Virus record (IMG/VR): IMGVR_UViG_3300006923_000003
Span: 1-39,665 of that record
Length of the DNA stretch: 39,665 nucleotides
DNA from: a virus
Taxonomy: Duplodnaviria > Caudoviricetes
Strand: one strand, 5' to 3'
Position numbers and translations under genes: made by a program. Under the pieces are notes generated by a model. That model was not told the origin of the DNA, made no database searches, and worked only from the letters and a program-made list of their open reading frames with translations. Below, one piece after another: positions 9,340 to 19,320 of this stretch. The first letter of the stretch is position 1; each line of letters opens with the position of its first letter.

Positions 9340-11573
9340 AGCCCATGAATCTCTCTAATTTTATAGTGCAAGTCTAACATATGTTTATCAGGAAACAACG
9401 TCTCTTGACCGCGAGTTCCCCTAAAACCAGATATTCCGCCACCCGCGCCAAGTCCAGACTGACACGACGCTGTTGCAACACCCTCCTCAACGTGTAGCGC
9501 GTATGGAGTATTGTTTTCGCCAAAATTATTTAATTGTTCCTCAGTGGGTCTAAAAGCAAAACCCTCTCCCATGTAAATTGTGCCATAACTGCCCACCTCG
9601 GCGGGTTGATGGAACAGGTTTTGCCCAAGTGGACGCAGACCCTTTAACGAATAAGCCCTCATGTTGGTGTCTACCATACGAATGTCGTATTTTGGTCTAC
9701 CCAAGTTTCTGTTATCTGCTCTTGTTATTTGGCACAAAACCGCCTTGCCTCTCCTGTTTATTATTTCTAGGTTTAGTGTGCCATCTGGTCGTGACATCGC
9801 AACCATGTCACCTGTCACTGTCAAATCTGAACCGATACTAGGTGTTTGAAATCCAAAAAGGGGATTGTCTATTTTTCCAAACGCGGCGGTGTATGGTTTA
9901 TCGTTTTTATACCCCCACTCGTATGTCGAGCATCCCGCCCAAGGGAAAACAGGGTGGTGTAGATGCCACACAATGTTTCCCACACCAGAATAATACCTAG
10001 CATAAAACCGCCGAGAAAGTTCCATAGCCCTAGCAACCAACTCTTGCAGGGTGGGCGCGCGTTCTAATTCTGTTTCTTCATAAGTTTCACAATAATCTTC
10101 ACACGATTCAGACTCAGACTCACCCTCGCCCTCAAACACACACACCCCGTTTAAGCACGAAAAACCATCCTCGCAATCATTGTTTTCTTCGCATAAAGTT
10201 GGGGGTTTGTGATCTCGGTCTAGCCCCAACACGCACCCAAACTGACAATAGTGTACGAAATCCTCATGGTGTGGGTCAAGATAAACTACGTCTGATCCAG
10301 AAAGCCAACGAGTTTTTAAGTGATCGGTTACTCCAAATGGATTTCTAGCAAACTCCCTTTTGCCCTCATCGTCCACCACCCCAACCTCTCCGTTATAGTC
10401 TCCCTGTCTAAGATATTCTTCAGGAATGCCATGCTGCATATCACAAACAACTTCACCAATCTCACCCGTAAAAATATCCTTCATTGGGAACGCAACAGAA
10501 AACCTATCGTGCATTCCGTTGCTGACATCTAATGGATACCCAAGCCAAGAAGTATGTTCACAAGGCAAAACTCCGTCGCCTGTTGGAAAAAAGTCCCACT
10601 TTAACATATCTTCTATGGCATCTTGGCTTGGCGAATCTCCCTCGCTCCACAAATCTATTTGATTTTTGAGTTCACCTGTTGCTACCGCTAGGCTTCCAAC
10701 ATTGTAAAACTGAGAAAGACTAGACCAATTTACACACGCCTCGTTTGCGCCGTCCCCTATGTAGGCTAGACGAAATGAGAAATCCGTATCGTTTTCATGC
10801 CCTAGTTCTGGATAGTCGTCAGAACCCCTTGGGGTTGTCCAAGGCAACGCCACCAACCCACAGTTTGTTAGAATCGCATCTGCCCAATGTAAAACACTAG
10901 CGGGTTTAGAAATATCATCACGCATATTCAACGGGTCGTCTAACTCTTGCCAAATCTTTTCTAATTCGGTAACAGGGGGTAACAAAGCATTTTCATTTCC
11001 CGCAGTAGCAAAAATCCCCAACCTATCAAGGGCTTCATATGGAGTCATCCCATATTGCAGGATGCCTTCTTCTTCATCTTCGTCAGGATCACTATGATTA
11101 CTAAGTGACCAATCACTATTGTAGGTGTTCCACGCATCATTATCGCTTCCTGTGGGTAATACACCAAATCCAGAATCTATCGCATAATCGTTGCGAATAT
11201 CATAAAACCGAACAACCGCAAGAGTCCTTCTCGTTGATGATTCATCTACTATAAACTGTGGTGAAAATCTTGCCAAAACATCAAATCGTCTCGATAACGG
11301 AAACGAAATAAACCCACAAACAGCAGCAGGTTGTACTAAAATGTCCGAAACCCAATCTTGGATTTCATCGTCAAGTATATCCAACAAGGGAGTAAGGATT
11401 GTGAGGTGTCCAACATTACTAAGCCCCGAAGGTAAAACCAACTTATTTACATCGTCTGGGTTTATTCCAATCGCTAAAAGCGACTCAGCAATGTTTTCGG
11501 TTATAGGGGTCGCACCGATCACAGACGCGGTTAGTGATTCCCTGTGGGCTATTCCAAAATCTGTCAGTGCCAT
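9336..11573 (-). CDS. Putative tail hub/baseplate protein (745 aa, acidic)
   Basis: Second large ORF after the tape measure; contains Cys motif CEENNDCEDGFSCLNGVC. Confidence 0.55.
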   Translation of the reverse strand: MALTDFGIAHRESLTASVIGATPITENIAESLLAIGINPDDVNKLVLPSGLSNVGHLTILTPLLDILDDEIQDWVSDILVQPAAVCGFISFPLSRRFDVLARFSPQFIVDESSTRRTLAVVRFYDIRNDYAIDSGFGVLPTGSDNDAWNTYNSDWSLSNHSDPDEDEEEGILQYGMTPYEALDRLGIFATAGNENALLPPVTELEKIWQELDDPLNMRDDISKPASVLHWADAILTNCGLVALPWTTPRGSDDYPELGHENDTDFSFRLAYIGDGANEACVNWSSLSQFYNVGSLAVATGELKNQIDLWSEGDSPSQDAIEDMLKWDFFPTGDGVLPCEHTSWLGYPLDVSNGMHDRFSVAFPMKDIFTGEIGEVVCDMQHGIPEEYLRQGDYNGEVGVVDDEGKREFARNPFGVTDHLKTRWLSGSDVVYLDPHHEDFVHYCQFGCVLGLDRDHKPPTLCEENNDCEDGFSCLNGVCVFEGEGESESESCEDYCETYEETELERAPTLQELVARAMELSRRFYARYYSGVGNIVWHLHHPVFPWAGCSTYEWGYKNDKPYTAAFGKIDNPLFGFQTPSIGSDLTVTGDMVAMSRPDGTLNLEIINRRGKAVLCQITRADNRNLGRPKYDIRMVDTNMRAYSLKGLRPLGQNLFHQPAEVGSYGTIYMGEGFAFRPTEEQLNNFGENNTPYALHVEEGVATASCQSGLGAGGGISGFRGTRGQETLFPDKHMLDLHYKIREIHGL

Positions 11574-11589
11574 ACATTCTCCTTACGTC

Positions 11590-13527
11590 TTATTCTTTTC
11601 CAAAGGGTACATCGAATGATACGGGATAATAATAATTTTCGGGTGCTTGGGGGTTTATATCAAAGATTGACCTTTCACTCACAGAGCCAAGATCGTCTAT
11701 TCTTGGATCAACAGGTCGTGCTATTTGTGCTATTTTTGGAAAAATAAACCTTACAGTGAGTGATCGACCGTCATCAAAGCCTATTGTCCAACTGTCCCAA
11801 AACCATGCACCATCTGCAATATCATGACTCATTCCATTTAGAAGTTGTACCCTTCGGAAGTGGTGGCGAGTAAACATTCGGCTGTTGTTGCTGTCAAGAT
11901 CACCACTATCAACCGTATTTGATTCTTCTAAAACTACGCCGTTTCGTGGTATCTTAAACTGAATTAGTGGCGGGGCTGATCCGTTACGAGAGATTGTATA
12001 ATCGCTCTCAATATACACCTCTGGCGGTTTTGTTTGCCAAGGGAGTCCCAACCAATTTTCTGCTGTCATCACAGGAAGAACATCAATGTTTTGTTTTACT
12101 CTAACGCTTTCACTCCCATGCACCGTTAGATATGATTGTTGCCTGTTGTCATCATCAACAATAACGTGATCTGCTTCATCCCCCGCAGGGATTGTTGGTG
12201 CTTCACCACTTTGAGGCACAGGCAAATCATCTGGGTGTTCATAGACCGTTTCTTTAATTCCCACACTAGAGTTGGTACAAGAAGATTGTCCAATAGGTGA
12301 ACCCGACAGTGCAAGTATTCCCGCCTTGGGGAAGTTGCTGTCGTCGTACCCCGCATAATTCTGAAACAACGCGCGCTTGCAACTTCCTATAAGTTTACTA
12401 CCGTAAGGGTTTGTTGCTTCTGATAGAGCCTGACCCCTTCCTATGAAATCATTTAATATCCCGAAGTTTAGATCGGGACCCCCCGACCCTTCTTCACCCT
12501 GAATCGCTGAAACATTTGGATCAATGCCCCTCGCAGAAATATGTATACTCAAACGCTTCTTACTAAAAATGTCGTGTTCTCGGATTTCGACACCCGTTAT
12601 TAAGTCTTTTTTTGCGCCTGTCCACATGATTCGACTTTGACTAGCCGTCAACAACGCAGCAAGGAGTTCTTCTGTGTTACAAGCAGCATCGCCCTCAAAC
12701 TCAGCATCAAAAGATTTTGTACCCAAAAACCCTGTGCCGTCAAGAGTTCGTGCATAAGTAAATGACCCTGTTCCCCTTTTTGCGGGATAGGGCAAACGCC
12801 TCGCGTGTTCTTGGAAAGTAAGAGAATACACCAACTCCTCGCCACTTGCAGAGGTAGACCAATTCATACTTTTAATCCGAAAACCCTCTGGGATCAACGG
12901 CATAACAAGTTGACGATATAGGTCTGGGTTGTTGCCTAGTTGTGGAGAACTTATACCATTGGCATCAGCACGAACCTTGATTGATCCCTCAACACTCCAT
13001 GTCTGCAACCCATTCTCGGCAATGTTAAAACGCTGCCTCCATTGATGGGAAAGAACATCAAACGCAACAGACTCACCATCTGCTGTAAGTACATCTTCGA
13101 CCACATCTTGCCATTGAAACGTAAATGAAATTATCGCGTTTTGATTCCCAAATATCTCGCTGATCGAAAACCAACACTTAGGAAATGCCATAGAATCAGT
13201 GCTTGTTGGAGAAACACCACCGTTATCCACAGTGTTGATACCACTGTTTGCAATCTCGACTCCATTTGTTTCTATGACAAGGTTTCTACCCTGCTTGGTA
13301 AGTTTATCTCTTGCTCCTTGAATTGCAGCAGCAAGACTTCCCTCAGACACTACCAAAAGTGCTGTACCGCTAAGTGTATGTTGTGTTGTGTAGTGTGTAA
13401 TACCATCTTTGTCGATCAATGGATCAACTCGGTATTCATCTATTTTGAGATACTTCCATGTGTACGAATCTGCACCATCGCTACCAAACTGATTATATGT
13501 AATTTTCCAAGGATCAGTAACAGCCAT
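11590..13527 (-). CDS. Putative distal tail protein
   Basis: Directly after the tape measure (TAATG coupling); beta-rich. Confidence 0.55.
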   Translation of the reverse strand: MAVTDPWKITYNQFGSDGADSYTWKYLKIDEYRVDPLIDKDGITHYTTQHTLSGTALLVVSEGSLAAAIQGARDKLTKQGRNLVIETNGVEIANSGINTVDNGGVSPTSTDSMAFPKCWFSISEIFGNQNAIISFTFQWQDVVEDVLTADGESVAFDVLSHQWRQRFNIAENGLQTWSVEGSIKVRADANGISSPQLGNNPDLYRQLVMPLIPEGFRIKSMNWSTSASGEELVYSLTFQEHARRLPYPAKRGTGSFTYARTLDGTGFLGTKSFDAEFEGDAACNTEELLAALLTASQSRIMWTGAKKDLITGVEIREHDIFSKKRLSIHISARGIDPNVSAIQGEEGSGGPDLNFGILNDFIGRGQALSEATNPYGSKLIGSCKRALFQNYAGYDDSNFPKAGILALSGSPIGQSSCTNSSVGIKETVYEHPDDLPVPQSGEAPTIPAGDEADHVIVDDDNRQQSYLTVHGSESVRVKQNIDVLPVMTAENWLGLPWQTKPPEVYIESDYTISRNGSAPPLIQFKIPRNGVVLEESNTVDSGDLDSNNSRMFTRHHFRRVQLLNGMSHDIADGAWFWDSWTIGFDDGRSLTVRFIFPKIAQIARPVDPRIDDLGSVSERSIFDINPQAPENYYYPVSFDVPFGKE

Positions 13528-15482
13528 TACGGAGTACCCCCACCTGTGTTGAACTTTGGACTCCAACGATAGTCTTTGTCTTGTGGTGTTCTCTTACCCG
13601 TTAAACGCGAGGCAGTAGAAGCCATATCAGCATTTATTAGTGCTGATGCTTTCTGTCTATTTCCATTTAATAACTCATTGAAGATGTCTTTGAGGGCATC
13701 GTTAGAGGCTTCCATAGCGTCCAACATTCCCTCAAAACCCGTAGCAAGCATATTAACACCAAACGCTGTTGCGCCACCAAAAGGGTTAAGCCAACTAAGT
13801 TTATTCAATATGTTAGCCAAGAAACGGAAAATTATCGCCAACGCCTTTATTGGTTTTTTCATCGCAAGAATAAAAAGAGTAACTGCTGCTGCTGCTTTAC
13901 TAAGACCCGCTACCAATTGCTCTATTATTGGTAAAAACGTGCCAACAACAATACTTTTTATTACCGTCATCAAATCTGATATAGGATGCCATAGGTTTTT
14001 AATTCTGCCTCTCTGAGAACTTACCGCAAGAAGTGGTTTTTCTAACCTCTTAGCACTTCGGATGTCCCGCATTAGTTGGTTTACACCCGATCTTGCCTTT
14101 GAAGCAGCAAGCGCGCCAGAAAACGCAGCAAGTTTGTCTCGCGTTTTCATTAAATCGCCAGACCACTTCCAAATCTGTTGGACAAACTTTGCAACAGCAA
14201 CAGCAACAACCACAAATAAACCTATTAGAATCGCAGCAATTATAGTGAAGGGGTTTGTCATTGCTGCCCCTAACACTCTCATAACTTTCCCCGCACCCAC
14301 CGCAAGCCTTGCCCCAAACCTCGCCATGCTCTTGTTTGCAACCTTACCCGCAGCCTTTGAAGCCAAGTCTCCGCGTCCACTCTCGCCCCTTAGATGCGCG
14401 CTCCATGCAGGGTGTTTTGACGGTGCGGGTCTGCGAACCCACCCTGACGGTCTATCGACCTGCTTTTTATATGCCTGTCCAACACGTTCGGAAAGAGTCA
14501 ATACTTTTCTCGTTGCAGGTCGCGCTGTTCTCTCGCCTATGATTAGCGGGGGCTGAACACCCCCTGCCACTTTTTTAGTAACAGGCTTAACGACTTTTGG
14601 CGCAACACGTTCAACTATCTTTTGAGCAACAGGCTTGTCAGTCTTTGGCGCAACACGTTCAACTATCTTTTGCGCAACAGGCTTGTCAGTCTTTGGCGCA
14701 ACCCGATCAACTATCTTCTGCGCAACAGGTTTATCTGTCTTTGGCGCAACACGTTCGACTATCTTTTGAGCAATAGGCTTGTCGGCTTTTGGCGCAACTT
14801 GCTCAACTATCTTCTGCGCAACAGGTTTATCTGTCTTTGGCGCAACACGTTCGACTATCTTTTGAGCAATAGGTTTGTCGGCTTTTGGCGCAACTTGCCC
14901 AATTATTTTTTGAGCAATAGGTTTGTCGGCTTTTGGCGCAACACGTTCAACTATCCTTTGCGCAATGGGTTTGTCGGCTTTTGGCGCAACTTGTTCGACC
15001 ATCTTCTGAGCAACAGGCTTAACGACTTTTGGCGCAACACGTTCGACTATCCTTTGCGCAACAGGCTTGTCTGCCCTTGGTACTACTCGTTCAACTATCC
15101 TCTGAACAAGAGGTTTATCTGTCTTTGTGGCAACACGTTCAACTATTTTTTGCGCAATGGGCTTGTCGGTTTTTGGGGCTACCCTTGCAACAATCTTTGG
15201 CACCACCTTTTCGGCTACTTTGTTTGCGACGGGCTTTTCTACCGCCGACGTTGCTAACCAATTTACCGCACTCGTCACTTTTCCCAACGAGGAAATTAGT
15301 GTTTTTGCCACCCCATCAAGACCCGCAAGACCCGCAAGTTTAACAGCAGAGCGCGACAAAGATGCGCCAACCGCACGTCTAACCGCGTCTGTGTTTATGT
15401 CTCCTGTTCTGCCACCAGAAGTAACGCCATCGCTTTTTTTATCAATGACCTCAACCTTGATTTTGCCGAGATTTTTAGCCAT
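13527..15482 (-). CDS. Putative tail tape measure protein with a 16-aa repeat tract
   Basis: Ala/Lys-rich helical protein with hydrophobic segments; tail context. Confidence 0.7.
   Translation of the reverse strand: MAKNLGKIKVEVIDKKSDGVTSGGRTGDINTDAVRRAVGASLSRSAVKLAGLAGLDGVAKTLISSLGKVTSAVNWLATSAVEKPVANKVAEKVVPKIVARVAPKTDKPIAQKIVERVATKTDKPLVQRIVERVVPRADKPVAQRIVERVAPKVVKPVAQKMVEQVAPKADKPIAQRIVERVAPKADKPIAQKIIGQVAPKADKPIAQKIVERVAPKTDKPVAQKIVEQVAPKADKPIAQKIVERVAPKTDKPVAQKIVDRVAPKTDKPVAQKIVERVAPKTDKPVAQKIVERVAPKVVKPVTKKVAGGVQPPLIIGERTARPATRKVLTLSERVGQAYKKQVDRPSGWVRRPAPSKHPAWSAHLRGESGRGDLASKAAGKVANKSMARFGARLAVGAGKVMRVLGAAMTNPFTIIAAILIGLFVVVAVAVAKFVQQIWKWSGDLMKTRDKLAAFSGALAASKARSGVNQLMRDIRSAKRLEKPLLAVSSQRGRIKNLWHPISDLMTVIKSIVVGTFLPIIEQLVAGLSKAAAAVTLFILAMKKPIKALAIIFRFLANILNKLSWLNPFGGATAFGVNMLATGFEGMLDAMEASNDALKDIFNELLNGNRQKASALINADMASTASRLTGKRTPQDKDYRWSPKFNTGGGTP
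14559..15182 (-). repeat. 48-bp coding tandem repeat, about 13 copies
   Basis: Unit VAPK(A/T)DKP(I/V)AQKIVER; 48-bp period visible at 14641, 14689 and 14737. Confidence 0.95.
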
Positions 15483-15958
15483 TAACTACTACCCCACACA
15501 ACTTCATAACCTATTGTGTATGTATCTTCATAATACATCCACCCCGCTTCTTCTTCTGATTCTATCGGAGTTCCGCCTTGTAGCCACCTAACCGCAATAG
15601 TCGCCTCCCCGTTTGCGGTTGACTGAATAAGGGTCTGTCTTACTTCTCCCATTGTTACTAATGCGCCAAGAGTCGAGTCTGTCAACCGCAGCGTAGACCG
15701 CATAGCCTGATCGAGATAGTTCCTTACCCAAACACAAACCCGAAACTCCTCCTCAACTAGACCAATGCCAACGGTTTCTGTCTCTACCACAGGTACACTA
15801 GGTATTAACTGAATAATCCTGTCATCTGCCTGTGTAAAAAGTGGCATAGGGGTAATGTAGATATAGTCTCTATGTACCCCTATTTCTTCTGCATCCGCAG
15901 CAGTATGTAGATCGCTCAGTATTCCCGCATAAATTGCCCGTTGGGTAGTTGTTGACAT
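15482..15958 (-). CDS. Putative tail terminator/completion protein
   Basis: 158 aa, acidic; size and context only. Confidence 0.5.
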   Translation of the reverse strand: MSTTTQRAIYAGILSDLHTAADAEEIGVHRDYIYITPMPLFTQADDRIIQLIPSVPVVETETVGIGLVEEEFRVCVWVRNYLDQAMRSTLRLTDSTLGALVTMGEVRQTLIQSTANGEATIAVRWLQGGTPIESEEEAGWMYYEDTYTIGYEVVWGSS

Positions 15959-15967
15959 AGTTTTTCA

Positions 15968-17362
15968 TCAAGCAATAAGGCTATCGGCGACCGTCTCCGA
16001 GGCATCTGTTTTGAACGGAAGTTGTAAGTCGAGTTGTCCAAATCCTAAAAACTTGTCAAGATATGTTGCAAACTTCCCTGTCGTGTCTTTAGTAATTGTA
16101 ATTGTAATTTCATCATCAACGATCCAATCTGTATCGCTTGGAACTATTAGAGCGTGGAATCCTGTGTTTCCCCCCACCTTTGGCATTCGCATTAGTTGAA
16201 ATCCGCTTATGTAAACCCCTTTTGTATCGTTAATTGCAGTAGTCTGCTCAAGGTGCATTTCTGGAGTGATTGGAATATCTTTTACGGTAGAAAATGATGT
16301 TGACAGGAAATGCCAAGAGGCAGATGAATAACTAACTACCGCAAAACTCAATTCTGCTGTGGTGTTGTCGCCACTTGTGCTACCTAGCAAAGCACCCGAA
16401 CCGTTTTCAAGTCTAGCAGCCACAACTCCCCCCGTAATGCCCGATGTGGGTCTAATCCACATTCCCATCATGTATCTTTCTTCTTGTCGTAGCCGAACCG
16501 TTGAAGCCCCTGACGTATTCAACTGCTGCTTCATATCGGGCAGGGTTGATCCGTCACCCACATACTTCATCGACTTGTCCCCAAGGTGACGGTAAGTTCC
16601 TTCTTCTTTGAAATCAGTTCCAAACGCACCAACAACTGCCGTCCAATTGTCGGCATTGTCTGTGGTAGTAAAATTGTTAAAAGAACCGTTTACTAAGGCG
16701 TTTCTGCCAACCGCAGATGATCCAGAATAGGCGGGGTCAGCCACACTAAAACTTGTTCCCTTTAAACCCATCCCTGTTCCCCAATCAACATCACGAATAT
16801 CTGTAATCTTGGGATTTGATTTCGTGACAGTGAACTGCTCTCTGCTTATTGTTCCGCTAACCTGTGCATCTCTTGTGCAAACTGCCGTTATGGTGTCAGG
16901 TCGAAGGTTTTGGAACGCATTTCCTTCGCCGTTGATGAGACTAACAACACCCTTGCCCGTACCCGTATTTGATGAGCCATACGACACCGCAGCAGAAAAG
17001 ACGTTCCCCTTAATCGACGCAGAAGCAGTTTCCATTTGTCTTTTAAGTTCTTTACCCGCCTCAAGAACAGATTTGACGGGAAGGGTAACATCATCGTCAA
17101 CCATCCCGATAAGTGTCTTAGAAGCAATAGAGCGAATGGTCGTAAAAATGTTTGCTGCGTTTTTCTGCCAAGCCTCATCGGTTGCAACCAAATCTTGCAC
17201 ATATTCAAGATCACCAGACGAATACTCATCTAATACATCCTCTATCTCTGCCTTTAATCCTGAAGATGCGTCTGTCTGATGTGTGTTAATTCTCTCGGCA
17301 AGTTGAAATAGTTTTCCAAGTCGAGTAAATAATCCATTTGATCCTGTAAGTGTAACAGTCAT
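15968..17362 (-). CDS. Virion structural protein with a possible carbohydrate-binding beta-sandwich
   Basis: NALVNGSF...ADNW resembles CBM4/9-type domain starts; start may be 17362 or 17383. Confidence 0.5.
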   Translation of the reverse strand: MTVTLTGSNGLFTRLGKLFQLAERINTHQTDASSGLKAEIEDVLDEYSSGDLEYVQDLVATDEAWQKNAANIFTTIRSIASKTLIGMVDDDVTLPVKSVLEAGKELKRQMETASASIKGNVFSAAVSYGSSNTGTGKGVVSLINGEGNAFQNLRPDTITAVCTRDAQVSGTISREQFTVTKSNPKITDIRDVDWGTGMGLKGTSFSVADPAYSGSSAVGRNALVNGSFNNFTTTDNADNWTAVVGAFGTDFKEEGTYRHLGDKSMKYVGDGSTLPDMKQQLNTSGASTVRLRQEERYMMGMWIRPTSGITGGVVAARLENGSGALLGSTSGDNTTAELSFAVVSYSSASWHFLSTSFSTVKDIPITPEMHLEQTTAINDTKGVYISGFQLMRMPKVGGNTGFHALIVPSDTDWIVDDEITITITKDTTGKFATYLDKFLGFGQLDLQLPFKTDASETVADSLIA

Positions 17363-17364
17363 TA

Positions 17365-17649
17365 CTATCCCATTCCATGCCACTGTTGGGCATCTTGCAT
17401 AGTTTCGTTTTTGATACTTTCCATTTTTACTTTAAGTATTTCTTTTTCTGGCATACCTGCACGTTCCATCAAAGCAGCAAGTGAATCACTGTTTAGTGCA
17501 GCAGCAATCCCCTCTGTCATGCCCAAGTTGCTCAAAGATTTTATTTGTACCATGTTTGCCATTAAACCTAACTCTAGTTCTCCACGCGAGAAACCCCGAA
17601 CATTTGGAAGCCACCCATACAGGGCAGCAAATCTGGCGTAGAGTCTCAC
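17365..17649 (-). CDS. Tail assembly chaperone extension (gpT-like), reached by -1 frameshift
   Basis: In the -1 frame relative to the upstream ORF, right after G GGA AAC. Confidence 0.7.
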   Translation of the reverse strand: MRLYARFAALYGWLPNVRGFSRGELELGLMANMVQIKSLSNLGMTEGIAAALNSDSLAALMERAGMPEKEILKVKMESIKNETMQDAQQWHGMG

Positions 17650-17924
17650 TCGTTTCCCAATTTATCAATCTCTAATAACACTTTTGAGCCTACTGAAAAA
17701 AGTTCATTATCTGTAAAGACAGACATATCCTTGTCTTTTCGATCTGTCCAAGATATGTCTCGCACAGCATTTGCAACGTGGGTTGGAGTAGCATTTTCTT
17801 CCACGATTTGCTGATCTTCTAAACACCTTGCCGACAACTCAAAGCCATCAATAAAGACACTACCTTTGTCTTTTACTGAAACTTGAAATACATGGTCATC
17901 TGTCTGTTGGTCGATTACTCTCAT
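17646..17924 (-). CDS. Tail assembly chaperone (gpG-like)
   Basis: Small acidic ORF after the tail tube, ending in a slippery site; AGGAGG SD. Confidence 0.7.
   Translation of the reverse strand: MRVIDQQTDDHVFQVSVKDKGSVFIDGFELSARCLEDQQIVEENATPTHVANAVRDISWTDRKDKDMSVFTDNELFSVGSKVLLEIDKLGNE
17652..17658 (-). promoter_or_regulatory. -1 ribosomal frameshift slippery heptamer GGGAAAC
   Basis: Correctly phased X XXY YYZ (TTG GGA AAC); slippage yields ...GKRVRLYARF. Confidence 0.8.
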
Positions 17925-17947
17925 TTTGTTTACCTCCTATGGTTTTC

Positions 17948-18175
17948 TTATACAGGTTTCTTTTTAGTTGTGGTTTTTTTGCTCACAGAACTAATACTCG
18001 GCTTACTAACAGAATCACCACTAGGTGATTCCCAAATAATTGTACCATTAAAGATTGCGTTTCGTATGCGTAGTTCGTTTGGATACCACGCACTTTTGTT
18101 TCCACCCGAATCAATCGCACGAATCCCCTTATCGGGGTCGCACAAAAGTTCGTATTGCTTTTTGTTTTTAGACAT
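17948..18175 (-). CDS. Hypothetical basic protein (75 aa)
   Basis: Fills the gap between tail tube and chaperone. Confidence 0.65.
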   Translation of the reverse strand: MSKNKKQYELLCDPDKGIRAIDSGGNKSAWYPNELRIRNAIFNGTIIWESPSGDSVSKPSISSVSKKTTTKKKPV

Positions 18176-18186
18176 ATAAAAACCCT

Positions 18187-18711
18187 TTATGTTGCGGCAA
18201 CGGTATAGATGTTATCTGTACCTACTGTTGTCCCAACCATATTTTGAGGTAAACACAAGATCGACAGTGCGAGTCGCTTGGGTCTGTTGCCAAGATCAAG
18301 AACACGAACTCCACGACCCGTTAAAACGCAGTTGTGAAACTCGTAAGTTTTTGTGCCACCAATTACCTTTATGGCAAACGCCCCCGCGCCCGCGTCTAAT
18401 TTGAGCGAACCAATCGTACCCATGTCGCCCTCCGCAGTTCTCCCTTGATGCTGAAGAAGTGTACCTTGAGTCACATCCCATTTGATAAGCGTAAGGTTTA
18501 GGTGTACTACCGTTCCTTGGTGAATAAACTCCTCTGGGATTTCGCCTAGTCGAGTTGTTTTTAATGGGTGGTCAAATGTTTCTATCTCAAAATTGATAAG
18601 GTCGGCGTTGTCGGTGTATCCCAAGATTTCATAACTTGTAGAACTCTCGTCTCCCGTTGATGCTGAATACTGAACTTGTGTTGGTCCTTCTACGTTAAAT
18701 GTTGCTGCCAT
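18187..18711 (-). CDS. Putative major tail (tube) protein
   Basis: 174 aa, beta-rich, LGYT motif, between neck genes and chaperones. Confidence 0.7.
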   Translation of the reverse strand: MAATFNVEGPTQVQYSASTGDESSTSYEILGYTDNADLINFEIETFDHPLKTTRLGEIPEEFIHQGTVVHLNLTLIKWDVTQGTLLQHQGRTAEGDMGTIGSLKLDAGAGAFAIKVIGGTKTYEFHNCVLTGRGVRVLDLGNRPKRLALSILCLPQNMVGTTVGTDNIYTVAAT

Positions 18712-18714
18712 AAC

Positions 18715-19320
18715 TTAGTCTCCTAGCCTTCTTACTGCTCTTGCAATAGTTTTTGTAGCCACCCTTATATCTTCGGGTGGCGTGTTAAAAATAGGTCGTG
18801 GTGGAACAATAGTATCGTGTTCCATCACATAAAAATCATACTTACGCGGGTGTCTTTGCGCCTCCTTCAACGTGGGCGCACGTTTCAGTGTTTGTAAAAC
18901 TAACAATTCTGGGTCGTGGGGCGATTCTTTAGGGATAATTCTCGCTGCTCTACGGTTTAGGGGAATGGCAACAGGTCCACGATTTGTAAAGCCGTATTGG
19001 TGTTTTACGCCATAACCTGTTCCGTCAAGTAATGCCCAAGTAACCTCATCCCCTGTTCTGGATGAATCAGAAGATAAACTATTCATTAGCCTACCCGTAT
19101 CACGCAAAGGTCTACCCGCCTTGCGGTAGCCCACCTGTTTACGGCTTGCCCACAGTTCAGGATACTTAATCTCGCTGTCTCCCCCGTTACGAATACGCCT
19201 CTTGGCGTTAGCGACAAGTACGCGATTAGCACCTGTTTTTCGGTTGAGTACGCGAAGTATCTGCTCCTTCAACTCCCCGCCCAAACCACTTCTTGATGTT
19301 ACCCTAATTGTTGGCATCAA
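18715..19320 (-). CDS. Phage virion morphogenesis/tail completion protein (Mu gpG / P2 gpS-like)
   Basis: PLRDTGRLMNSL...YGVKHQYG...VPPRPIF motifs. Confidence 0.8.
   Translation of the reverse strand: MMPTIRVTSRSGLGGELKEQILRVLNRKTGANRVLVANAKRRIRNGGDSEIKYPELWASRKQVGYRKAGRPLRDTGRLMNSLSSDSSRTGDEVTWALLDGTGYGVKHQYGFTNRGPVAIPLNRRAARIIPKESPHDPELLVLQTLKRAPTLKEAQRHPRKYDFYVMEHDTIVPPRPIFNTPPEDIRVATKTIARAVRRLGD

Noticed and set aside
14559-15182. 48-bp array as a CRISPR array
   Set aside because: No unique spacers; units are contiguous, in frame and coding
14622-15257. Plus-strand 211-aa repetitive ORF
   Set aside because: Antisense shadow of the tandem repeat in the tape-measure-like gene
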